DNA of 64,000 nt, taken from assembly GCA_043228905.1 (NCBI GenBank), contig JBHGNT010000007.1:22134001-22198000 (forward strand), given 5' to 3'. A program made the translations under genes and the position numbers. Position 1 is the first letter of the stretch; each line of letters begins with the position of its first letter. This document shows, piece after piece, positions 36,901 to 49,404 of this stretch. The stretch is from Azolla caroliniana (lineage: Eukaryota; Plantae; Polypodiophyta). A model generated the notes under the pieces. It saw only the letters and a program-made list of their open reading frames with translations. It had not been told where the DNA came from and ran no database searches.

Positions 36901-39280
36901 CGGTATGTTCAGACAGATTGGCAGGTTGTTGGCATCTTCACCAAACTGCTTGGATTGGACAAGTTGCAACACTTCATCGAAATGCTTGGTGTTCAGCATC
37001 TCGACGTGCCGCACTTGAGGGGGAGAACGGGCACGAGCAAAGGCAAAGAAACCGGTGCCATAACGGGCAAAGGCAAAGAAACTGTTGACGGCACCAGACA
37101 AAGAACCAAAAAGGGAAGAACCAACAAAGGGGGAAACAAGAGGAAAAAGGAAGATGAGTTGACGAAGGAAGTCGGCACATCCAAACAAGCCGGAACGAGC
37201 GGCAGGGGCGGTAGAGTCAAGAAGGACAGAGCCGACCGGAAGGAGAAGGCCAAGACCCGGACATGGTCTAATGTGGTGAAGGGCCTGAAACCGGAAGACA
37301 AGTTGGGGAACACCTACTCGAACAAGAGCGAGAACGAATCGGAGACAGTTTAGCACGTTGTTTGTACAGAGTTATAGAGTATTTTTATTTTTGAATCTAC
37401 GTTTAAGTTCTGCTCTCTCTGTCTCTCCCGCGTATACTCTCTATGTACTAAGCTTCTCCATTAAACTTTCATCTTATTCTCTATTGTTATCCGGCTGAGC
37501 CGGTTCTTTCTAAAGCATCCACACGTTAACATTCACAAGGTCGTAGGTGCTCCATTATTGTGTACCGTTGATACATGTCCATTGTCTCGTGCCTTATACC
37601 TAGTCATTTCAAGGCGTTTTGCGGGTGTGGCTCAAGGTCCTGGCTAGAGGTATCACACTCATTTGTGTCTGGGAAGACTATCATCTTAGGGGTGACATTC
37701 AGACTTGTGCCTTGGTTTGTTGTTTCTCCATTGGGTGTAGTTCCACTCAATCTCCGCATTAGGGGGTCTTAACATGACTTATCCTTCGTCGCTTCCCTGT
37801 TTTGTAAGATTTAATGAGAACTTTCTCTTGTGTGCTTGGGGTCACCTTAGGCCTTTCCTTGGGGCTTAAGAAAGTACTCAGGGAGTGTTCATGAGTTGGG
37901 GGGGGGGGGGGGGGGGGGGCTCTTGTAGTAGATCAAATCAATTGGGCCTCAGAGGTGATGGAGGATAGGACATGGGTTTTCTCCACCACTCGCCATTCCA
38001 TCATAGCCTTATTGGATCGTGGTGGGGGAGGCCTCTAATGTCCTATGGTGCCACAACCTTCCAGGGTCTCCTTGGCGAAATCTTTAATGCCTCTCATGGG
38101 ACAATGTTTTTTTAAATGACCAAGTTTTTTGCATGCAAAACATTGCCTCAGTGTGTTGATCACTTCTATGCGTTGTTCAATCCGCATTCCGTTTTTTCTA
38201 GGGACGAGGATATTGGAAGGAAGTTTGTCGATGTCCTACACCAAAAGGCGTATAGAGGGAGGGCCTAGGTGTTTCTTTAGCCTGTCCCTTAGCATTAGTT
38301 CCTCGTCCAACATCATACTGAAGGAGTTTCCAATAGTATGAAGTAACATGTTGTATTCTAAGGATAAACCAGGAAACAACATTGTTACCTTTTTAATGGA
38401 ATCATCGTGTTGTGTGGCCTTCTCTGGGTTAAAAACATGTGTCCATTTACACATGAACATCCATGTGTTTGGGACATGGCAGGGAGACATTGCTATGAGG
38501 TTTGATGCTGAATCCTTGTCCTCTAGGACGATTTGATAGAAACCTTTTGTTGGACTTCCTTTATACCACCTAATTGTGAATAGTATTTTCCTTGCAACAT
38601 ATCTCGCAGTAATCCTCAATTTGGGCGTGATCCCACCACGTGGCATATGACCACTATTCGCTCAAGGCGATCTATCTCCTGCTCAAGTAGTAGCATTTCT
38701 TCACTAGAGAAACTAATCTCAATAGGACACCCGCTACATGGGTTGTTTTGATCTTGCATTTGCTCTTTATCAACCGAGGGGCTTGTTTGAGATGCGTGTT
38801 CGGTAGTGGCGATGTCTAGGGTTTCCATGATTGAGGCAATCTTCCAATGTTTTGATTTTTGTTGGGGGAGGCGGCCACTCGTCAAATGTTCTTGTTGTAT
38901 CGGTTTTTTAAATAAATAAATAAATAAAGTCGAACTCTTTTTTTGGGGTGGGATGGTGGTCCCACTACTCGAAGCTTTTGGGGGGAAACCCTAATTGAGC
39001 AGGATGGTGAAGAGTCGTCGAAGGCGGCCGACCAGGAGGCTGTGATGACCCCGACTGTAGGTCGTCAGCTGGAAGTGGTAGGACCTACAGAGGGTGCATT
39101 GGCAGGTGGGCGTGATTCAGCCCTATTCCTGCTCCGTTCCTGTTGCACCTCTCACAAGGACGTGCTTCAGCCCCTGCTCCGTTGCTCATACTCATGCTCA
39201 TGCTCTTGGTCCTGGTCCGCTTGCTTCGTTGCTCCTACCAAATTAATCAATCCTTTGCGACCACCCTCAGTTCTTTTCTA
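27980..39280 (-). mobile_element. Near full-length degenerate L1-like LINE, interrupted by a copia element
   Basis: ORF1 pieces with a DUF4283-like segment (38236-38885) and zinc knuckle CFACKKLGHLKKHC (about 38100-38145). ORF2 has APE endonuclease (TSNVQGL, MLQE, SRID, SDHYP), RT (IHLIPK, WRPITLLN, LGLIDP) and zf-RVT. A-rich tail at about 27980-28000. Confidence 0.85.
32244..37537 (+). mobile_element. Ty1/copia LTR retrotransposon with gag-PR-INT-RT-RH, many stops and a 5'-deleted 3' LTR
   Basis: 5' LTR 32244-32669 (TG...CA), PBS TGGTATCAGAGC at 32670, CWYCGKKGH, WYVDSGASNH, integrase IDDYSR and EQNGVAER, RT YKARLVAKG, LYGLKQAPR and YVDD, RNase H DADWAG. 3' LTR remnant at about 37348-37537. 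Confidence 0.97.
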
Positions 39281-40499
39281 AACAAAAACCAAACAAATTA
39301 GTCTTTGTATGTATATTAATTTAACCTACCATCATCATGTACATCAAAAGTCATAAACAGTTCTTGCCCAAATATATGCCCTTACTCCAATCAAAACATC
39401 CAATGGGGTAAACAAGCCTATCCACTTTGTGTAGAAGGTCCAAATTGCATCTATACATTAGAAAAGATGGCTTCGATAACGTAAAACATTGTTATTCCCT
39501 CCCTTGTCTTATTAAGCACCAAAATTCTTTGATCTATTGACGAGGATAGAAATGTTGTCCAAGCACTTATAGACTATGCTAGCTCTTGATGTAATTTTTC
39601 CCATGTGCATCGAGTATGCTTTCAAAGCATATCTCCCCTATGGTCAGTGAAGATCGAATATCCAAATCAAGGGTTGTCTTTATCTTTTTTTGGATATCTC
39701 TTTACTAAATCCAGAGAGACATCCTTCCATGAACTAATAATAGATCGAGCAAATCTATCTTCCATTTGTAGAAATATCAAAATATTATTGTCTTCCAAAA
39801 AACTCCAACAAGTTTTGGGCTTCCATGGAAAAAACAAATGATAGTGATGAAGAGAACAAAATAAGCAAATGATGAAAACTATTACTACATTATAAGAACA
39901 TGAACATTAGAATATGATTTTGAATGTTGAAACAAAGGTAGAAGCATATAATTTGTTATGATGCCAATGTCTATGGTTAATGGATATGATAATCCCTAAT
40001 GTTCATGGCAAACTTTGCTTATGAGCACAAATGTGTTTTGTTACTCATGACCATAGATTAACACACGAGTGATATTTGTGATATTCTCCATGCATGATAT
40101 TCGCAATATTCAAGAATATGAAATGGCCCCAAGAATATTATAAAACCATTCGTTTTGCAAAATAAATAAATAAAAATGATATTAATTCATTTTTTGAAAG
40201 AAAAATAAAAAAATAATTTAATTCACTGAAAAAAGAACAATCATTCACTAATAGATTATAAAAATATGATTAGTATTAAGTCTCCTTTATAGTGTCAAAA
40301 ATAAATGGGGGGGGTCTATGAACCTTTATTTTATTTTATTTATTTATTTAGTTTTTTTTTCCCAAAAAAAAACCTACTTCATATTAATTAGCAACCAAAA
40401 TACAACAAAGTTCAACACTAAGATTCATAGAGACAACCTTAGTGGAGTTAGTATCTACAACATAGTGGAACAACTCCAAAACCAACAAAACTCACACTA

Positions 40500-41100
40500 C
40501 TCTTCCTCCCACAACTCCTACAATAATCCCCAACCCTACCTATCCCACCAAACTCTTTTACAACAAAGTTATCCCGATAATACGACTATGATAACTTACT
40601 TGTACCCCATCCAAACATGCATATTTACATCCCATATACAATATTAGGGGTTGTCGGTAGAAACAACGACCTAGGCGCATGGTAGTTCCACTTAGGCCAT
40701 GTCGAAGATTTGATCATCAAGGGAGAACCACCCCATTTCAACAAAAAATTTGACCTTGCCATTTCTGCTTCGTCTGAACCCCCCGAATCGAGTTGTACCA
40801 TCCACACAACTAGGCCACCAGCTCGAACCAAATGTTTAACATCATCTCACCACATGTAAGCTTTTGCCGCTGAAAACGAACTTGCAACGCCTCATCCAAA
40901 TGTGCTAGACCGATAAGCATGCCACCATAAGCCAAATCTCCTAAAAAAGCAGAATTTGTGTCAAGTCTCACCCCAACACATTGGGACACACTATGGGTTT
41001 AACTATTTTGCCCAACCGTCTCCTTTTAATGTGACACCCTATATGGAACCCCACACAACTTTCCCATTTACACCGCAAGTAGCCACGATTTTGAGTCTTC
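40500..41100 (-). mobile_element. LINE 3' terminal fragment
   Basis: C-terminal ...WPKWNYHAPRSLFLP resembles the ends of the other LINEs in this window. Confidence 0.5.
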
Positions 41101-41440
41101 TACACCAAACGAATATTATTTATATTTAAAAAAAGGAATATTTTTTATATTTATTATAGAAATATGATTAGTGTGAAGTCCCATTTTTAATGTTAGATAA
41201 AAATATATTTAAAAAGTGGGGAATTTATGAACCTTTATTTATTTCATTGATTTATTATTTATTAAAAATAAAACAAATACTTTTACATTTATTATAAAAA
41301 TTTATTATTGTGAAGTCTCCTTTTTTATATCTAGGAAACCAAAAAGGACGGTGTTTATGAACTCTCTCTCTCTTTTTGTTTTTGGTAAAAGCACACAATT
41401 ATATTAATTGTATGTAAAATCCACTTAGTTACAACACTTC

Positions 41441-42280
41441 TTAGTCTCCTCTACCTATCTTAGCAAATAACAGTGGGCTTAGTGGACATCCTTGCTGCAC
41501 GGATCTAGTAAGAAACACTTTCGGAGTAACTCTGCCATTAAGCATCACACACGAGGTCTCATTTTGCCCTAGCAAAAAGATAAGTTGACACATACGAGGA
41601 CCAAACCCCATATTATACATCACACCTGAGAGGAAAGACCAATTTACATGATCATATGTTTTTTCCAAATCTAATTGCACCATAACCATTTCTTGATGTA
41701 TATGTCAAGCATAATCAATAGCCATTTGAACATTCAAAACATTATGCAATATATTTCTACATGTAATAAAACCATATTGAGATGGATAAATAAGTTGAGG
41801 TAAGAACTTCTCAAGTCTGTTGGATAATATATTTGCAAACACTTTGCATAACCCTCCCATCAATGAAATAGACCTCCATTGTTGAAATGACTTCGGAGAT
41901 GGTACCTTTGGTATCAATTTGATTAAGCCCACCTTCCAGCTCTCAGGCATGAAACCAAAATCCCAACATTATTGAAACGTTTGTGTGAATGGACTCTTAA
42001 GCATGCCAACATACTTCTTAAAAACTTCATTTGTAACACCATCCCAACCAGGGCTTTTACCATTTGAAAGGTGTACCTTTTTCACCTCAGCTTCTTCAAA
42101 ATCAGCATCCAATTATTGACAAACCTTTGTATTCACGACACTCCCAATTACATTATAAAACTCTTGTCGTGCTTTCAACAGATCCTCATTAATAATCAAC
42201 TTTGGCCTAATCAAATTCTTAAAATGAGTAATACATAACTCGATAACCTTGATTGGGTCTACAACAATGTCATCCCCTAT
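41441..42280 (-). mobile_element. L1-like LINE reverse transcriptase fragment
   Basis: KSPGWDG, GLIKLIPK, WRSISLMG, LDLEKTYDHVNW and SVQQGCPLSPLLF. Confidence 0.9.
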
Positions 42281-42585
42281 CTTAATTTGTATCGCATTTG
42301 AACGAGTATATGGTGGTCTTAAACATATGAGATTGTGATTGATTATCTATAAATCCCTCCTTTAATTGACCTAGTCTTGTTTGTTGATAACTTTGACAAG
42401 ACAAATTCTTCACAATGCCATGTACTTGAACTTGAACATCCAAAAGCTCTTCATCATGCAGATTATTCATCAATAGTACATTGCATTGCGTAAGAATATA
42501 TGAAAAGTTATCAATCAATTTCGTATGTCTTTTAGCATTAGCCATACCATAAAAACGGTGAATATCATTGATGTTTTGTAGTGTG

Positions 42586-42650
<65 letters not shown>

Positions 42651-42959
42651 CAATGCTTTTCATGCATGCATATGCATATTCGTATGCATTTGTTTGGGAA
42701 CCCCCACGAATGCGAATATGTCAATCTATGCTTATAACAATGGGAAAAGGCACATAGGTGCACATGGAAAAACATTATATTATGTGTTTTTCCAAGTTCC
42801 ATTGGGATGAATTGGGAAGGGTGCCCTAATCAACTCATCTCTCCTTGAATTCATGTTCACAAATTCATCACAAGGGATAGATAAAATATATGTTTCTTAT
42901 TATTATTATTTAAAGATTCACCTTGGTATTAATGGAAAGATGCCCAAAGGCTTAAAAGA

Positions 42960-45200
42960 ACTCATATAGGACAACACAACCAACATACCCACATCAACCA
43001 AAATGTCGAAGAGCAAAAGCCCTCATGCAGTTACCTTAGAAAGTGGGATCTTGCCATAATGGGGGCTGGAAAAAGCCACCTTGGTGCAACATATCTTCAC
43101 TTTATTCTCTCCCCAAAAGAGGTGAAGACCTGTACCCTTGTCTACATTTCTCTAAAATGTTGCTGCTTACGAAACTCAACATCAAGCTCACCAGTCATTG
43201 ATTCATATTGACGTCTTAGAGTATGCAAAAGCATCAACCATATCTCCTTGACTAACTCAACTGCATTCTGTTTGACTTTTTAAAATACACATTTACATCT
43301 TGCCTTCCACAATACCCAAATTACTAAAGAAGATATTGTAGACCAAACCTTGTCCTCTACCAAACAACGATTGTTGTAGTGTAAGAGACATCCAATACCC
43401 CCCTTCACAGATTATCCCATAATGTACCACCAACCATCGAAACAATACAACCGTTTTAGAAATTTGCATGGCCCACAACCATTTCCAATAAGCACCCAAC
43501 CAAGAGTCTTCTAAATTACCAGCTTTCCAATATTTATAAGTTGCTTGCACAACAGCCAATCCATTAACCATTGATTAGGAAACCCTAACTTTTCCATGGT
43601 GCCCTAAAAAAAGACTAATATGATTTTTCAAAACCCAACAACAAGATAGCCAAATCCTCTTTCATTTCTTGTGAAATTGTGACCAATTCCCAAAATAAGA
43701 AAATGTTATTTAGTATACCCCTATCCTATAAGAACCCTGTTTGGGTGTTATGAATGATGTGTGTTAAAAAAGGTTGCAATCTCGTAGTCAACAACTTAGC
43801 ATATATTTTATAAATAGTAGTTAATATAATGATGGGTCACCACTTCCTAATATGAACCACTACCCTTTCTAACTTAAGAATAGGATATATCATACCATTT
43901 GTCCATTTTCCTAGCATAAATCCAATATCAAACACCACCTGGAATGCAACAGTAATGTCATTCCCAAATAAACTCCCAATAATTCCGGAAGAAATCTGCT
44001 AAAAGCCAATCAGTACCAGGACATACCTGTATGCCAATTTCATCCAAAGCAACCCTTACTTCAAAAACCGAAATATGCTTAATCAAAACAACTACCATAT
44101 GTAAAACACGTGTATGCATGGTCTACCATACAACTCTACGACTCTCCAACTAATCAAGTGTAAAACATTAAGCATACAATAAATTCCTATAAAATTGCTT
44201 AAGAATATCCCTCATTTCTTGGGCATCCTCCGAGATAGATCCATCATTCCTCTAAAGTTGTTTCATCCCATTACAAGTTCTTTTTTAAGTTACAAGTTTG
44301 AAAAACTCAATAGAGACTTTATCCCCCACCTATGCCCACTTTGCAACAAACGTATTATAAGTGCATTGAGCCCACACATCTTGTAACTTAGAGATCTTAT
44401 CCGTTGTATTATTCAATTTAGACATCACCACGTAGCCCATGGCATACATTGCTAAAAATGTTGCAATGAAACAATCGCTCGTTTAGCTCAATATCTTATT
44501 TTTGAGTTGACATTGTTCCTCCTCCGCTTTGCTACGAAACCAATTACTAACATTGGTAATTACATTCACAACTCTATTACACACCATCAGTTGCGATGCA
44601 TCTTCATCCTTCCAAAATGTCAAAACATCTTCTCGAATGGCAACATCAACATACAATGAGGAAGGTATAAACGTCCTAAAGGACTTAAATTTTTCCACTT
44701 TTTTCAAAGTAACAATAAGATGCGAGTGATTTGTGAAAGTTGTCCCAACTAATATTTGTAATGATCCTCCTAATCCCATAAAGAAGTCATCAGCATAAAA
44801 TCTGTCTAATCGAGCTAGATTAATGCCTAACATCCTTCTATCTGATCTAGCGAATTGCAAAGATTCGACATGCTTTTGCTAAAGGAGGAAGAGCACCAAG
44901 TATCTTGAAAACCATAACGCACAATCTCTCCCAGATGTTTAATTCAGAACCATATAAAACCGTTTGGCTACCCCCACTTCTATCCAACTTATCCTCGATC
45001 ACATTAAAATCTTCGACCATACACCAACGATCTGCAAGGGGCAAAGTATCACACAGAGAGAACCAGAACCTTCTCCTATCCAACGACGATGACGACGCAT
45101 TACGGGCATATACATTTATAAAACCCAGTTTGTAGATTCGGCATTTCTAAAATAATAAATTGCAACTCTTCCTTCCACTAAAAATCCTATGTAGCCTTCG
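42960..45200 (-). mobile_element. Internally deleted, 5'-truncated L1-like LINE (endonuclease, RT and 3' end pieces)
   Basis: FINVYARN, EDFNV, ARLDRFY, QTGF..DRGILNNI and YWKWLW...FRWLVVH. Confidence 0.85.
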
Positions 45201-45352
45201 TGGTCTGCGATTATAAGAGCGGCTTGTGTTTCAGGTGTCCGGGATGCGGTTTTGGGCGACCAAATTATGTTTGTCCCAAGGAAATGCTGCTCACACTCCC
45301 CAAGTGTCCATTGGCCTCCCACAAGAACAGAGAGAAACAGAGTAGGCCTCTC

Positions 45353-45396
<44 letters not shown>

Positions 45397-45736
45397 ATGG
45401 AGAAGCTCCTCCAGGTTGCTCGAGCCTCTGGATCTCTCAACCTCTCCAATCGCTCGCTGAAGTAAGAGCCATCCTTTTCCTCTATTTTTGTTCCTATTTT
45501 TCTTTTGATCTGGACATGAATGCTAGCCTTGTGGTGTGAAATTCTCCGGTTTAACATTGCCTTTTCGAGCAGTGAGGTTCCATTGCAGGTCTATGATCTA
45601 CTGGAAGCAGCTGGTTCAGATGAGAAATGGTGGGAGGTATGTCTATCTTTGTCTGTATTTGTATCTATGCCTATGCCTATGTATGTATGTATGGATGGAT
45701 GGATGTATATGTGATGTATTTGTATATGTATATGTG

Positions 45737-45801
<65 letters not shown>

Positions 45802-48800
45802 GTATGTATGTATGTATGTATGTATGTATGTATGTATGTATGTATGTATGTATATGTATATGTGTATGTATATGTGTATGTATGTATGTATGTATTGAAC
45901 CTCTGTTTTCTGCTTTTATTCTGAGTATCATTTTGGGTTTTATGCTTCTATATGTGTTATTTACATAGGTAACTATATATCTATTCTGAATGTGATATTG
46001 TAGGTACTATGTAATCCGGGTGTGATATATTAGTATATAATACGATAGTTTTTTCATTTTATCAATGTAATTATTACATGGGGTTTTATGACTATTGGGC
46101 CAAAGGCTACTCTGACCTTAATTAACCTTGTAGCTAATTGGCATACGCTATACATAACTAACCCATTATTAGGGCTTAATTAAGAGCAGAGTAGCTATTG
46201 ATACTATAGCCTTAAATAACTAAATGATACATAAACGATGATATGTAGCTGTGTATATTTTCATTTCAAATATAAAGGGCACTAGGTTAACCTCTCTCCA
46301 GCTACATATCATCGTTTATGTATCGTTTGAGAAAAAGCATTGAATTCTTGATGAACAAACCCATCAGAATAACTTTATGATTATAGACTGGTGCATGTAA
46401 GTAATTTCCACTAATGCACATGAAATGGCCTGAAAGACTATTAGCCAGTTCAAATTTGGAAAATGGAAGCTTACTTCTAGAAATACTATAAATATTGGGA
46501 GAGATATAATATGAAGTATTAGTTTATTAGACTAAATCACATTTAGATAATGGATAATTACTTTTAGATTTGTCAGAAATGTTCAATATATGATGATGAG
46601 AGTAAATTGTGATGAAAATAGAATTTAGATGGATAAATGCAATAAAATTTGGGAGAGGTTTAATAATGGACAAGTAGTGACCAGAGAGTAAATGTATGAT
46701 TGTAGGTTGTGGAGCTCCAGAAACTATTGCTGGCTCACAATAATATCAAGGCATTGGCTGCCGAGATCGGCAATTTAACATCCTTGACCGTATTGAATGT
46801 GAGTCACAACCAAATAACATCATTGCCATCGACTATTGGCAGGTATGTAGTTAATCATAGTAAAAAAAAGAGCTATGGGAAAAGCTCTGTAACACCCCTG
46901 AGTTCTGTTATTTCCCCAAATGCCCTTGGTCAACCCCCAAAAGACCAATTATATGTGCTATTTGAGTAATTGTATGGTCAATGCGGTTCCTTTCCCTGTC
47001 TTGGTTGATGACCAATGGCATTTGGAAAAATTAAAAAAGCATCTGGGGTAATTTGAAGTTTTCCCCTAAATAGTGTAATCTGTGATGTATTGCTTATAGA
47101 AAATCAATATTTTGTAGGTTGGTCTTACTCAAATCATTAGATATTTCTAATAATAAGATATCAATGCTACCTGAAGAGATTGGTGATGCAACTGCATTGG
47201 TTCGGTAAAATCCACACACTTTGAAACTTACAACTCTAAGATTCTTTCCGAAATGTGATTGTTATTGAGGGTAATAAAAAGATAATGAAAGGAGTTTTTA
47301 TTTATTTGCCAGTTTGAACTGTTCAAACAATATACTGTCAAGTCTTCCATCAACCCTTGGATGTTGCTTGGAACTAGCAGAGCTCAAGGTTAGTGCTGCT
47401 TTACCAGAGCATCACGATGGACATTTGAAATGTTGGGCCTAAGTTGAAAATCCCATATTATGAATTGGGAAAATTCCTGAAATAGCCCTGAATTATTTTT
47501 TTATTTGCCCAAACATCCTCTGCCTAATCATTATTTCTCTGTATGTCTTCAAACACCCAAAAGAGAATGGGAATGTATTGAACACATAATTTCTCAAATA
47601 TCACATATATTTGCTCTTTTGAGGGTTGACCAAGGTCATTTGGGGAGATAACAAAAACCCATGGGGTACTTGGGTGAATAAAGAAAAATTCAGGGCTATT
47701 TTGGAGTTTTTTATATGGACATTTGGCATCTGAACACACCCTTAGTTGGAGGGAGGTTGAGAAATGTGCAGGTTGCGATCTTTGAAAGGTGTTATCAGCT
47801 CTGATTTAGCTGAGTAGGCCTTGGCCTTTATCATTGCAATTTGATAAGCTTGAAGTAAACATACACAAGATTTTTAAATCTCACAGGAGATGTTCAATTT
47901 TGCTCAAATTTCCATGGTTCTTTTTCTAGGCTACAAATAACTCGCTACTAACCCTTCCCAAGGAGCTGCAGAATTGCACACGGCTATTGGTTTTGGATGT
48001 TGAGGTCCTGAGCTTTGAATTTTGAACCTGTAATCACACATACACACATACATACATATGCTGGTTCTATGAAAGTATCTTTTGAGATGTTCTGTGGATT
48101 TCTATGAATTTCTAGGGAAATAAGCTTCAAGAAATACCAGAGAATATACTTCAGGGAGTCCTGAACCTTACTGAACTTAATGCTGGTAGGCAGGTTCTTC
48201 ACTTACTGGTTTAAATGTTTAATTTGTATTGTCTTGTGTATTTGTAACAATTAGGATTTATTGCAGCTAAGAACAAGATAACCGAACTACCAGATGCAGT
48301 GGGATGCCTTTCGCATTTGATACGGTTGAATCTACACCAGAATGGTGAATCTTAATGCTATTAATGATATGGGCGTTCTTTCCATTAAAATGTGGCAACA
48401 GTGCATCTGTCAACCCTCTTTGATGAAGTGGAAAAATATGCATTAAATTCTTAAACAGTTATTAGCCTTTGTAGAGGATCATAGATTCTTGTTATCTACT
48501 TCATATGTACCTCCTGTCGTATTGGTATCTTAAGCACATGTCATACCTATAGCATACCATATGTATGCATATACATATGCATGTACACGTACATGCAGAT
48601 TATGTCAAGGAAAACAATTTTGTGGACACCATACTTCCTGCTGCGTGGATTGTTTTCTTGTCGTGATACTTGTACTAGGTTTTGTATAGTTGTTCAAAAA
48701 TTTTACATTGTATGAGTATGTGCAGAAGTTTTGTGTGAGATAAGTGTTTTCTGATTATATTCTAACTTTGCAAACAAATGTACAGCCATTTCTTCACTGC

Positions 48801-49373
48801 CACCATCTATTTCAGGATGCAAAAGCTTGGCAGAACTCTCTGTTGGGTGAGTAGTGTCATATGTCTTCGTTATCTTGTAACCAATGAAAGAGATCACACA
48901 TTTAAACAAAATTGATCAACAGAAACAATCGTCTCTCTTCAATCCCTGCTGAGTTGAGTTCTTTGACAGCCTTGGGAACACTAGATCTTCAAACCAACCA
49001 GGTATGGAAGTTTTGGGCTAAAGAGGACCTTTGAGGTAGAGCGGATCCACAATACTGAAGAATATCTCTTTTTATGGCTAGATTAGTGAGGTTCCTGTAG
49101 CGATATGCTCTCTTCGTCTTTCTGTATTCGACTTGTCAAATAACAATCTGGCAGGTTTACCTGCAGAGCTTGGTACACTTCTTCTCTTAGGTTAAATTAC
49201 TGAATAATAAAGCTTAGTCATGAATTCTCAAACTGATTATCGTCCCCTTTGAAGGATCCATGACCACCCTAAGAAGGCTTTTGCTATCTGGAAATCCTTT
49301 GAAGACTTTACGTAGGTAATAGATGCTCTATGCTTGTTCATGACATTGACTCTCCCTTGAATCATCTGCACAA

Positions 49374-49404
<31 letters not shown>

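Noticed and set aside
36772-37356. 194-aa antisense ORF
   Set aside because: Shadow of the copia RNase H and purine-rich spacer, with no independent evidence.
37897-37919. Poly-G run, possible G-quadruplex
   Set aside because: Homopolymer in a dead LINE whose length is unreliable.
45536-45968. ORFs with VYVY and MYMY runs
   Set aside because: Intronic microsatellite, not coding.
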